DNA from: an uncultured Bacteroidaceae bacterium
GTDB lineage: Bacteria > Bacteroidota > Bacteroidia > Bacteroidales > SM23-62
DNA: 64,000 bases
Assembly (NCBI GenBank): GCA_964574985.1
Contig: CAZNPH010000001.1
Location: 166,357 to 230,356 of the forward strand
Direction of reading: 5' to 3'
The first letter of the stretch is position 1. Each line of letters opens with the position of its first letter. The translations under genes were made by a program, and so were the position numbers. Of the stretch, positions 40,316 to 49,213 are shown piece by piece. Under the pieces are notes generated by a model, which made no database searches, was not told the origin of the DNA, and worked only from the letters and a program-made list of their open reading frames with translations.

Positions 40316-41044
40316 TCAGTCTCCCCCGTCGTGCAGGCCACATTCCCTCTTTTCCTGTTCTTCCCACCACCATCTGCCCGAACGAAACTCTTCACCGGAT
40401 TTTACCGGTCGCGTACATGGCCGGCATCCGATGCTTTTATATCCTTTTTCGTGCAATCTGTTGAAAGGCACATGATGTGACCGTATATAATCCCAGACTT
40501 CCGATTCGCACCAGTCAATCAGCGGATTGACCTTGATCAGGCCGTTCTGATCATCCCATTCCACCCGTTTGTTGTAAAACCGGGTCAGACTCTGATCCTT
40601 CCTGAGTCCGCATACCCAGACATCCATTCCCCGCAGGGCCCGTTTGAGGGGTTCCTTCTTACGGATATGGCAGCATAATTTCCGGTTTTCAACGCTCTCG
40701 TAAAACAAATTGATCCCCTTGCTGTTCACCATTTTCTCAACCGCCTTGTAATCGGGGAAATAAACCCGTATCTGAATGCCGTAATGCCTGGCGGTCTCCT
40801 CAATCAACCGGTAGGTTTCCGGGAAAAGCCTTCCCGTATCAAGTGTAATAACAGGGATCTCTTTCCCGGCAGCAACAATCATGTCGGTGATCACCTGGTC
40901 TTCGGCACCCATACTGCTGGACTGCAAAACTTTACCGGGGTATTTCCCGGAGAAGTAATTCAATAATTCCAGCGGTGAATACCCTTTCAGCTCCGCATTC
41001 AGTGAATCGATCACTGCACTTTTGTCATTCTGATGAGATGTCAT
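40316..41044 (-). CDS. cysH: Assimilatory adenylyl-sulfate (APS)/PAPS reductase, Fe-S type
   Basis: CysH family (..ECGLH near the C-terminus). The CC...CxxC cluster motif (RKLCCHIRK; GCRPCT) indicates the APS-utilising type. The start is ATG 41044 or 41068. Confidence 0.86.
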   Translation of the reverse strand: MTSHQNDKSAVIDSLNAELKGYSPLELLNYFSGKYPGKVLQSSSMGAEDQVITDMIVAAGKEIPVITLDTGRLFPETYRLIEETARHYGIQIRVYFPDYKAVEKMVNSKGINLFYESVENRKLCCHIRKKEPLKRALRGMDVWVCGLRKDQSLTRFYNKRVEWDDQNGLIKVNPLIDWCESEVWDYIRSHHVPFNRLHEKGYKSIGCRPCTRPVKSGEEFRSGRWWWEEQEKRECGLHDGGD

Positions 41045-41089
41045 GTTCTCCTCCTCCCTGTAAAACATAAAATTGATGGAATTTTAAAT

Positions 41090-41818
41090 TCATGTTTCTT
41101 TTCCCCGAAACAGTTTTTCGGCTTTCCTGAAATTTTCATACCTGCCCAGATCGTACCAGTAATCGCTGTCATGACGGTATGCCCGGATGGGGTATTGTGC
41201 AGCAAGACGCAAATAAAGACCGGTCAGTGAAAAAGCGCCTTCTTCGGTGATCAGACTGAATATCCGGGGATCAACGACCTGAATGCAACTGTTTCCCAAT
41301 GGGATCAGTTTCTCTTTATCATTTCTTATGATTCTTTCTTCTCCGCTGACCAGGTTTCTCCATCCGGCGAGGTATCCTGACCGGGTGAAAAGAAAAGGCC
41401 GGGTCGTGGATCTCTTTTTTACCGCCAGGGTAACCAGTGAATTACCGGATAAATGGGCACGATATAGCGAAATCAGGTCCAGACCGGTCAGAACATCCAC
41501 ATTGTGCAATAAAAAAGGTTCATTTCCAAAGAACCATGACGCTTTCTTCAAGCCTCCCCCGGTATTCAGCAAACGCTCTGTTTCATCGGACGGCTCTACC
41601 CGTATATCAAAGTGGTTCCGTTCATCCAGAAAATCCCTGATCTGTTCCGCAAAATGAAAAACATTCACGATTATTTCATCAAACCCTGCAGTCCGGAGAT
41701 TCAAAATAACCCTTTCCAATAGTTTTTTCCCGTTGAAATCGACCAGCGCTTTCGGGGTATGGTCGGTCAATGGTGCCAGTCTGGTCCCTTTTCCGGCTGC
41801 AAGAATCATTGCCTTCAT
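41090..41818 (-). CDS. Sugar-1-phosphate nucleotidyltransferase (MurU-like)
   Basis: 242 aa. MKAMILAAGKGTRLAPLTDHTPKALV is the nucleotidyltransferase G-loop. Adjacent to the AmgK-like kinase. Confidence 0.78.
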   Translation of the reverse strand: MKAMILAAGKGTRLAPLTDHTPKALVDFNGKKLLERVILNLRTAGFDEIIVNVFHFAEQIRDFLDERNHFDIRVEPSDETERLLNTGGGLKKASWFFGNEPFLLHNVDVLTGLDLISLYRAHLSGNSLVTLAVKKRSTTRPFLFTRSGYLAGWRNLVSGEERIIRNDKEKLIPLGNSCIQVVDPRIFSLITEEGAFSLTGLYLRLAAQYPIRAYRHDSDYWYDLGRYENFRKAEKLFRGKET

Positions 41819-41913
41819 CCGAATATATTTGCGTTACCCATTTAATATTTAGCACGTTATAATGTCAGCTCAAAAGATTTGTGTTTTTGTTGCCGGCCTC
41901 CCGCAGGATCATA
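41819..41913 (-). repeat. Intergenic repeat family, copy E (reverse orientation; right half of the core plus tail)
   Basis: The reverse complement reads CCTGCGGGAGGCCGGCAACAAAAACAC...GAGCTGACATTATAACGTGCTAAATATTAAATGGGTAACGCAAATATATTCGG followed by ATG 41818. GGCAAC lies 76 nt before the start codon. Confidence 0.85.
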
Positions 41914-43347
41914 TTATTTTTCAAGCTCGCGGTGGAATATCACAGATTCCAGCCGGTAAACAGATTTTATGTACTGTGCCAGTTTTTCTGCACAATAAAC
42001 CGACCGGTGTTGTCCTCCTGTACAACCAAAAAACACGGATAAATGTTCAAACTGCCTTGCCTGGTATTTTTTCACCGACTGATCGATGATCCCAAAAACA
42101 TGGTTTAAAAATTCACTGACTTCAGGTTTCGATGACATATACCGGATCACTTTTTCGTCCATACCGGTAAAGGATTTATATTCTTCGAGACGGCCCGGAT
42201 TGGGCAGCAATCTGCAGTCAAACACGAATCCGCCGCCATGACCGCTGTAATCTCCGGGCATACCGTGTTTGTATGAAAAACTGGTGATTCTGATCTTCAT
42301 TGGCTGACCATACCCCTTCCCGTACTCCATCAAATCCTGCCGTGCAGACAGTTTTTCAAAACAACGGACCATTTCCGGAACATCTGAAGGAATATGCTTA
42401 TTCTCCAGCAACCAACGGATATTGTTCAGGGCATACGGAATGCTCTCCATAAAAAGCGGTTTGTTCTCGACCATACCGCGCAACCCGTATGTACCCATAA
42501 CCTGCATGATCCTCAGCCAGACCAGGGGATAATAATAACGCATGAAATCCGGTCTGCCGGTCCCGGTTCTTTTCTCCAATTCCTTCAGATAATGTTCCTG
42601 TAATTCCTGTCTCAGTGCAGGCGGCAAATCTGTTTTTGACTCATACAGAAGAGAAGCCACATCATATTGCAGGGGTCCTTTCCTCCCCCCCTGATAATCT
42701 ATAAAATAAACATCATCATGGATCAGCATGATGTTTCTGCTCTGGAAATCCCGGTACATGAAAAATTCTTTTTCTGCCCTGTCAATGAAGCGTGCGAAAC
42801 GCACGAAATCATCTTCCAGACTGTCCTCGTCAAATGATATACCGTGGATCCTGAGTCCAAAGTATTTGAAATAATTCAGATCCCACATGACCGAACGGCT
42901 GTCGAAACTTTCCCTGTGCGTACAAAGAGAATAATCAAGACCTGCATGTCCCTCGGTCTGAAAACAGATCAGCATGGACAAAACCCTTTTGTATATTTCT
43001 GTCAAATTCTCTGAAAAACCTGAAATTTTTTTTTCGTCCGCCACTTTTGCATGCAAAGTTACATCGCCCAGATCCTGAATAAGGTAAACGGATTTTTCCG
43101 GTTTCCGGGCGTAGATCTCCGGCACGGGTAAACCTTTCTTTCTGAAATGATCGGAAAAAGCAAGAAAAGCCCGGGTTTCTTTCCGGTCTTCATGGAATAC
43201 ACCCAGTGCACTCCGTTTCTTTCCCGAAATTCTGCAGTATTTTCGGGCTGATCCTGAACGCGGATCCAGTGACTGCATGTTCCCTGCACTTTCACCCGAC
43301 CATTCCCGGAATAACTCTGCAAGGATATCCTGTAATTCTTTCTGCAT
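41914..43347 (-). CDS. Fusion protein: aminoglycoside-phosphotransferase-fold kinase (AmgK-like) plus RapZ C-terminal-like domain
   Basis: Likely start at ATG 43347 (MQKELQDIL...). Kinase motifs DFQSRNIML and FIDYQGG. The C-terminal ~150 aa aligns to the RapZ CTD (SFSYKHGMP...FVFDCRLLPNP...TGMD...FGCTGGQHRSVYCAEKLAQY). Confidence 0.75.
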   Translation of the reverse strand: MQKELQDILAELFREWSGESAGNMQSLDPRSGSARKYCRISGKKRSALGVFHEDRKETRAFLAFSDHFRKKGLPVPEIYARKPEKSVYLIQDLGDVTLHAKVADEKKISGFSENLTEIYKRVLSMLICFQTEGHAGLDYSLCTHRESFDSRSVMWDLNYFKYFGLRIHGISFDEDSLEDDFVRFARFIDRAEKEFFMYRDFQSRNIMLIHDDVYFIDYQGGRKGPLQYDVASLLYESKTDLPPALRQELQEHYLKELEKRTGTGRPDFMRYYYPLVWLRIMQVMGTYGLRGMVENKPLFMESIPYALNNIRWLLENKHIPSDVPEMVRCFEKLSARQDLMEYGKGYGQPMKIRITSFSYKHGMPGDYSGHGGGFVFDCRLLPNPGRLEEYKSFTGMDEKVIRYMSSKPEVSEFLNHVFGIIDQSVKKYQARQFEHLSVFFGCTGGQHRSVYCAEKLAQYIKSVYRLESVIFHRELEK

Positions 43348-43436
43348 GAAAAAAGTTTCGGTCAGTTCAAATTTAATTATTTCCCCTGCCCCTGCAAAAA
43401 TCAGACACCCCGGCAACAGCATTGTATTAATTTGGT

Positions 43437-43444
43437 TATGTTTG
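43437..43444 (+). promoter_or_regulatory. -7 promoter box TATGTTTG (TAnnTTTG) upstream of aprB
   Basis: Exact consensus match 21 nt upstream of ATG 43466. Confidence 0.4.
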
Positions 43445-43465
43445 TATGTTTTCAATCATTTCGTC

Positions 43466-43903
43466 ATGCCAAGCTTCGTGATCACGGAAAAATGCGACGG
43501 CTGCAAATCCCTTGACAAAACAGCCTGCCAGTACGTATGCCCGAACGACCTGATGGTACTCGACATGGCAAAGAACAAAGCCATGAACAGGGCCCCCGAA
43601 ATGTGCTGGGAATGTTACAATTGCGTTAAGATATGCCCCACACAGGCCATCGAAGTCAGGGGTTATGCCGATTTTATGCCGTTGGGTGCGGTTGTCCGGC
43701 CCATGAAAAGTTCCGATGCCATATTGTGGTCGGTAAAATTCAGGGACGGCCAAATCAAAAGATTCAAATTTCCCACCCGCACCATCCCGGAAGGAAACAT
43801 TTCACCGGACGCCGGATATGAAACAGGATCAGATGACATGAAAAGTCCGCTCCTCAGAACAGAACCCGGTTCTCTCGGCATCTCAGAATTAAGCAAAATA
43901 TAA
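43466..43903 (+). CDS. aprB: Adenylylsulfate reductase, beta subunit (dissimilatory type)
   Basis: Start at ATG 43466. MPSFVITEKCDGCKSLDKTACQYVCPNDLMVLD...MCWECYNCVKICPTQAIEVRGY is the canonical AprB N-terminus with two ferredoxin-type Cys clusters. The ORF-track extension from 43277 is spurious. Confidence 0.9.
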   Translation: MPSFVITEKCDGCKSLDKTACQYVCPNDLMVLDMAKNKAMNRAPEMCWECYNCVKICPTQAIEVRGYADFMPLGAVVRPMKSSDAILWSVKFRDGQIKRFKFPTRTIPEGNISPDAGYETGSDDMKSPLLRTEPGSLGISELSKI

Positions 43904-43908
43904 AATTT

Positions 43909-45798
43909 ATGAACATCGGGGATCGATACGAAACCATCACCATGGACACCGACATTCTGATCCTGGGAGGAGGGATGGCTGCATGTGGCGCAGCATGGGA
44001 AGCCGCCCACTGGGCAAAAAAAAACAAACTGAAAATCACCCTGGTGGATAAAGCATCCATGGAACGTTCGGGAGCTGTAGCCATGGGACTGTCCGCCATC
44101 AATCTTTATATGGGCCTCGGCAAAGATGAAAATACAATCGAGGATTATGTCCGTTATGTCAGAAATGATCTGATGGGAGTGGCACGTGACGATCTGGTGG
44201 CCAATATTGCCCGTCATGTGGACTCTTCGGTCCATCTATTTGAAAAATGGGGACTTCCCATATGGAAAAATGATCAGGGTGGCTATGTCCGTGAAGGCCG
44301 GTGGCAAATCATGATCAACGGCGAATCCTACAAGCCGGTCGTCTCAGAAGCCGCAAAAAAAGCACTGGCAGAGCTCGGAGAAGACGGAAAATATCTGGAA
44401 AGAATATTCATTACCGCTCCTCTGGTGAAAGAGGGGAAGATTGCCGGAGCAACCGGTTTCAGTGTAAGGGAAAACAAGTTTTATGTCTTCAGGGCCAAAA
44501 GCGTGATCGTCGCTATGGGCGGTGCTGTTCATATTTTCAAACCCAGGTCTGTGGGGGAAGGACTGGGCAGATCATGGTATCCACCGTTCAATTCAGGAGC
44601 CAGTGCCTATTTCACCATCCGTGCAGGAGCAGAAATGACTTGTCAGGAAGTTCGTTTTGTTCCGGTACGTTTCAAGGATGCATATGGCCCGGTCGGGGCG
44701 TGGTTCCTGCTTTTTCAAGCCAAAACCACCAATGCCCGGGGAGAGGACTATATGCAAAAAAGAGCCGGCGAACTGAAAAAATGGGCGCCTTACGGAACAG
44801 CCAAACCCACTCCTGCCAACCTGAGGAACTACCTGATGATGCAGGAAATCGAAGAGGGAAACCATCCCATCTACATGCGAACCGACGAAGCCATAAAAAG
44901 AATCGCGGCCGGACAACAGGATGAAAAATCCGCAGCCATCCTCCTGAAAAAACTGGAATCGGAAGCCTGGGAAGATTTCCTTGACATGACCATCAGCCAG
45001 GCATTGTTGTGGGCATCGACCAATATCCGTCCTGATAACCAACCCTCCGAGATCGCTGCTTGTGAGCCGTATTTTATCAGTTCTCATTCGGGAGCATCCG
45101 GTGCATGGGTGAGCGGGCCCGTAGACTTTGCTCCTGATCCCTATAAATGGGGGTATCCCAATATGACTACGGTAAACGGACTCTTCGCGGCGGGTGATGC
45201 ATCCGGCGCATCCAGCCATAAATTTTCATCAGGTTCTTTTACCGAGGGAAGGATTGCCGGCAAATCCGCCGCTGCATATGCACTGGATCACCCTGAGTCC
45301 GTTCAAACGGATCAAACGGAAATTACAGGATTGAAGGAACAGGTATTCAAACCCCTTTCCCTATACCATGAGCACTGTGATTATGCAAATGACAAGAATG
45401 TAAATCCGTATTTCATCAAACCGCAGATGTTCATGTTCAGACTGCAAAAAATCATGGATGAATATGCGGGAGGAGTATCCGGTGGTTTCAGAACATCCGG
45501 GCCTCTTTTGAAAAAAGGACTGGAATATCTGGATTTCCTGGAAGAGGATGCCGGAAAGCTGGCAGCAGAAAACACCCACGAATTGATGCGCTGCTGGGAA
45601 AATATCCACCGGCTATGGCAGGCAAGATCCCATATCCTGAGCATGCTGTACCGCGAAGAAACCAGGTGGCCGGGATATTATTTCCGAACCGATTTCCCTC
45701 AATTATCGGAGGATTGGAAAGTGTTTGTCAATTGCAGACGGGAACCCGGAACCGGTCAATGGAGCAATTTCAAGCGGGACATCATTGAAATGGTCTGA
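43909..45798 (+). CDS. aprA: Adenylylsulfate reductase, alpha subunit (FAD flavoprotein)
   Basis: 629 aa. DILILGGGMAACGAAWEA dinucleotide fold and fumarate-reductase-family architecture. Sits immediately after aprB. Confidence 0.92.
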   Translation: MNIGDRYETITMDTDILILGGGMAACGAAWEAAHWAKKNKLKITLVDKASMERSGAVAMGLSAINLYMGLGKDENTIEDYVRYVRNDLMGVARDDLVANIARHVDSSVHLFEKWGLPIWKNDQGGYVREGRWQIMINGESYKPVVSEAAKKALAELGEDGKYLERIFITAPLVKEGKIAGATGFSVRENKFYVFRAKSVIVAMGGAVHIFKPRSVGEGLGRSWYPPFNSGASAYFTIRAGAEMTCQEVRFVPVRFKDAYGPVGAWFLLFQAKTTNARGEDYMQKRAGELKKWAPYGTAKPTPANLRNYLMMQEIEEGNHPIYMRTDEAIKRIAAGQQDEKSAAILLKKLESEAWEDFLDMTISQALLWASTNIRPDNQPSEIAACEPYFISSHSGASGAWVSGPVDFAPDPYKWGYPNMTTVNGLFAAGDASGASSHKFSSGSFTEGRIAGKSAAAYALDHPESVQTDQTEITGLKEQVFKPLSLYHEHCDYANDKNVNPYFIKPQMFMFRLQKIMDEYAGGVSGGFRTSGPLLKKGLEYLDFLEEDAGKLAAENTHELMRCWENIHRLWQARSHILSMLYREETRWPGYYFRTDFPQLSEDWKVFVNCRREPGTGQWSNFKRDIIEMV

Positions 45799-45808
45799 GA
45801 AAAAGCAA

Positions 45809-47068
45809 GTGAATAATAATGCGAATTCATCAAGAATAGTTGTAGCCGGGGGAGGAATCAGCGGAATCACCACCGCCATCGAGATCGCTGAAACAGGTTA
45901 TGAAGTCCTGCTGATCGAAAAGAATCCCGGTCTGGGCGGACGAGTGGCCAGAATGAACAAATATTTCCCGAAGCTTTGTCCCCCGGCATGTGGCCTGGAG
46001 ATCAATTTCCGGAGAATCCGCAACAATTCCAGGATATATCTGCTTACCTCCACGGAAATAATTGCGATTAAAGGGAAAGAAGGGAACTTCAGGGTCCGGC
46101 TCCGTACCGGACCGGACCGGATCAATGAGAATTGCACGGCCTGCGGGTTATGCGCCGAAGTCTGTCCCGTGGAAACAAAGGACGAATTCAATTACGGGAT
46201 GTCTGTACACAAAGCCGTCTACCTGTCTCATGAAATGACCTATCCTTACCGGTATACCATTGATGCATCCGTCTGCCCGGGAGAAACATGCGGACGCTGT
46301 GAGGCGGTTTGCCCGTACGGTGCCGTCGACCTGAAAGCCCGGGCCATGGAAAGGGAAATCCATGTTGCGGCTGTCGTATTTGCCACAGGATGGGAACCCT
46401 TTGATCCAAAAGCCATTCCTGACTATCAGTTTGGAAAACATCCCGACGTAATTACCAATGTCATGATGGAAAGACTTATTGCACCGGAAGGTCCTACCGG
46501 CGGCAAGGTACTTTGTCCGTCCGACAGGGGAAAACCCGGTTTCATTGCTTTTGTCCAGTGTACGGGTTCCAGGGATGAACAATATCTCCCCTATTGTTCG
46601 GGAGTATGTTGTTCCTCCTCCCTGAAAGAAGCCATGATTTTCCTGGAACAAAATCCTGAGGGAAAAGCAGTCATATATTATATTGATCTCAGGGTAACCG
46701 GCCGGGGGGAAGATTTCCTGAAAAAGGCGGTCATTCACCCCAACATTGAATTGAAAAAAGGCAGGGTCGGCAGGATTCTAACCAATGAAAAAACGGGAAA
46801 ACCTGTGATCGAGACAGAAAATATCCTTTCCGGCAAAAAGATCAGAAAACAGGCGGACCTGGTTGTGCTGGCCACCGGAATGGTCCCGGCTGAAATCAAA
46901 CTGGAAGGCATACAATCCGGCCCCAAAGGATTTCAGACTTCTTCAATCGAAGGAATTTATATCGCCGGATGTGCCGGGAAACCCATGGATGTATCATCCT
47001 CACTGAAAGATGCAACAGGCACTGCCCTGAAAGCCATACAGTCACTGAGTACAATGAAACGTTCATGA
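45809..47068 (+). CDS. qmoA: Quinone-modifying oxidoreductase subunit QmoA (HdrA-like flavoprotein)
   Basis: RIVVAGGGISGITTAIEIAETGYEVLLIEK FAD fold and CxxCxxCxxxCP motifs. I favour GTG 45809 as the start; the alternative ATG 45725 would overlap aprA by 74 nt. Confidence 0.83.
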   Translation: MNNNANSSRIVVAGGGISGITTAIEIAETGYEVLLIEKNPGLGGRVARMNKYFPKLCPPACGLEINFRRIRNNSRIYLLTSTEIIAIKGKEGNFRVRLRTGPDRINENCTACGLCAEVCPVETKDEFNYGMSVHKAVYLSHEMTYPYRYTIDASVCPGETCGRCEAVCPYGAVDLKARAMEREIHVAAVVFATGWEPFDPKAIPDYQFGKHPDVITNVMMERLIAPEGPTGGKVLCPSDRGKPGFIAFVQCTGSRDEQYLPYCSGVCCSSSLKEAMIFLEQNPEGKAVIYYIDLRVTGRGEDFLKKAVIHPNIELKKGRVGRILTNEKTGKPVIETENILSGKKIRKQADLVVLATGMVPAEIKLEGIQSGPKGFQTSSIEGIYIAGCAGKPMDVSSSLKDATGTALKAIQSLSTMKRS

Positions 47069-49209
47069 TGTCTCTTTCCAAAAAGACAGCGGTTTATATC
47101 TGTACGGGTTGTCGTATCGGGGATGCCCTGGATACCAGTAAAATTCTCAATGAACTGCCGGAGGAATTTTCCCTTTCTGTATGCAAATCGCATAACCATT
47201 TATGCAGCCTGGATGGAGTACGTATGATTGAAAAAGATATTCAGGATGACGGAATCCAGTCTTTGGTTCTGGCGGCCTGTTCGGCCAGATACAAAACCGG
47301 GATTTTCAGCTTTGACCCTGAAATACCGGTTGAACGGGTCAACCTGAGGGAACAAGTTGCATGGACTCAGAACCCGGACAACGAAGATACCCGGATGATG
47401 GCCATGGATTATCTCCGTATGGGTATCAACCGTGCGGATACCACCTCCGTGCCCGGGGGATATGTTCCAGGGGAACTGAACGCAGATATTCTGGTTATCG
47501 GCGCAGGAATTTCCGGATTAACCGCTGCCATTGAAATATCCAAAACAGGATACAGGGTCATACTCATTGAAAAAGAAAGATCTCCGGGTGGTTTCGCGGC
47601 CAGACTCCACAGGCAGCTTCCTGCAGACCCTCCGTGGAATAAGCCGGTTTTGCCGGAGATCCATTCCCTCATAGAAAAAGTGGTTAACAGCGATAGAATT
47701 GAATTGCATTGCTCCTCAGAGGTCAGAAGCATAGGGGGTGAACCCGGAAATTTCATTATCGAATACCTGGATACAGGAAATACATGTACCATACGGGCAG
47801 GGGCGATCATTCAGGCCACAGGATGGAAACCATATGATCCTCTAAAAATAAAGGAATACAATTACGGCAGCAGTCCGGATATCATCACCAACATTCAATT
47901 CGAGGAAATGGCCCGGGAAGGAGCCATTAAACGGCCTTCCGACGGCATGAAGATCAGAAGCATCCTTTTTGTTCAATGCGCCGGTTCACGGAATAAGGAC
48001 CACCTGCCCTATTGTTCAACGTACTGTTGTAATGTTACCCTCAAACAGGCACTGTACGTAAGGGAAACCAATGCCGATGCACAAATATTCATTGTATACA
48101 AGGACATCCGGACACCCGGTGCAGGAGAATTCTTTTACCATGAAGTTCAGAAAGAAGACAATATTTTTATGACCAAAGGGGAAGTCAAAAGGATTTACGC
48201 GGGGGATGGAGTTCTGCACACAGAAACAATGGATGCCCTGATGGGTAAAGACATATGCCTGAAAACCGATCTGGTGGTGCTGGCCATGGGTATGGTCCCC
48301 GAAGCTTCAGGAAGCCTTCATCTGAATTACAGGCAGGGACCGGAATTGCCGGATCTGAAATACGGGTTTCCTGACTCACATTACATTTGTTTCCCCTATG
48401 AGACCAGACGTACGGGGATTTATTCAACGGGTACGGTAAGGGCTCCGATGGATATTGTCTCCTCAAAGGAGGATGCTGCCGGTGCCGCCCTGAAAGCAAT
48501 CCAGTGCTTTGAATCCACAAAGCGGGGAGAATCAGTTCATCCCAGATCCGGAGACAGGAGTTTTCCCGAACTGTACATGCCCAGGTGCACCGACTGCAAG
48601 CGTTGTACCGAAGAATGCCCTTTCGGTGTGTATGACGAAACCGAAAATGGCACTCCCATTCTGAATCCTTCCCGGTGCCGCCGCTGCGGCATTTGTATGG
48701 GATCATGCCCTGAGCGGATCATTAATTTTGCCGATTTTTCGATCCAATCCGTATCGGCCATGATCAAATCAATTGAGATCCCACCCGAAACGGAAGAAAA
48801 ATTCCGGATCCTGGTTTTTGCATGCGAAAACGACGCCATACCGGCATTCGACATGGCCGGACATAAAAAACTCCGGTACAGTCCGTTTATCAGGATCATC
48901 CCGGTCCGCTGCATTGGAAACGTCAATGCGGTTTGGATATCCGATGCTTTTTCCCAGGGATTCGACGGAGTACTGCAGATCGGATGTAAACCCGGGGAAG
49001 ATTATCAGTGTCATTTCATTCTGGGCAGTGAACTGACCCAAATACGGAACAAAAATATACAGGATACCCTGAACACGATGATGCTTGAACCTGAACGTGT
49101 ACAGACCGAATTCATTGAGATCACCGAGTATTACCGCATTCCGGAAATCATAAACGGATTTGCCGAACAGATCAGAATAATCGGGGCGAATCCTTTCAAA
49201 GGCATGTGA
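47065..49209 (+). CDS. qmoB: QmoB (HdrA-like flavoprotein with ferredoxin and MvhD-like C-terminal domains)
   Basis: Start at ATG 47065 (ATGA overlap with the qmoA stop). DILVIGAGISGLTAAIEISKTGYRVILIEK, two 4Fe-4S motifs (CKRCTEECP, CGICMGSCP), and an MvhD-like tail (ILVFACENDA...IPVRCIGNV). Confidence 0.87.
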   Translation: MMSLSKKTAVYICTGCRIGDALDTSKILNELPEEFSLSVCKSHNHLCSLDGVRMIEKDIQDDGIQSLVLAACSARYKTGIFSFDPEIPVERVNLREQVAWTQNPDNEDTRMMAMDYLRMGINRADTTSVPGGYVPGELNADILVIGAGISGLTAAIEISKTGYRVILIEKERSPGGFAARLHRQLPADPPWNKPVLPEIHSLIEKVVNSDRIELHCSSEVRSIGGEPGNFIIEYLDTGNTCTIRAGAIIQATGWKPYDPLKIKEYNYGSSPDIITNIQFEEMAREGAIKRPSDGMKIRSILFVQCAGSRNKDHLPYCSTYCCNVTLKQALYVRETNADAQIFIVYKDIRTPGAGEFFYHEVQKEDNIFMTKGEVKRIYAGDGVLHTETMDALMGKDICLKTDLVVLAMGMVPEASGSLHLNYRQGPELPDLKYGFPDSHYICFPYETRRTGIYSTGTVRAPMDIVSSKEDAAGAALKAIQCFESTKRGESVHPRSGDRSFPELYMPRCTDCKRCTEECPFGVYDETENGTPILNPSRCRRCGICMGSCPERIINFADFSIQSVSAMIKSIEIPPETEEKFRILVFACENDAIPAFDMAGHKKLRYSPFIRIIPVRCIGNVNAVWISDAFSQGFDGVLQIGCKPGEDYQCHFILGSELTQIRNKNIQDTLNTMMLEPERVQTEFIEITEYYRIPEIINGFAEQIRIIGANPFKGM

Positions 49210-49213
49210 TACA

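Noticed and set aside
43401-43420. CACCCCGGCAACAGC upstream of aprB resembles the GCCGGCAACAAAAG end of the repeat core.
   Set aside because: Only about 9 nt match. The distance to the start codon is 54 nt rather than 75-77, and neither the hairpin nor the tail sequence is present. Probably coincidence.
43277-43465. N-terminal 63-aa extension of aprB in the ORF track. Similar upstream extensions occur at 51951 (DPP-IV), 16634 (recF), 16835 (TPR), 24121 (hydrolase-like), 43455 (kinase fusion), 46969 (qmoB) and 21184 (FKBP).
   Set aside because: The extensions overlap neighbouring genes or divergent promoter regions and precede canonical family N-termini or signal peptides. Internal ATGs give the expected protein starts.
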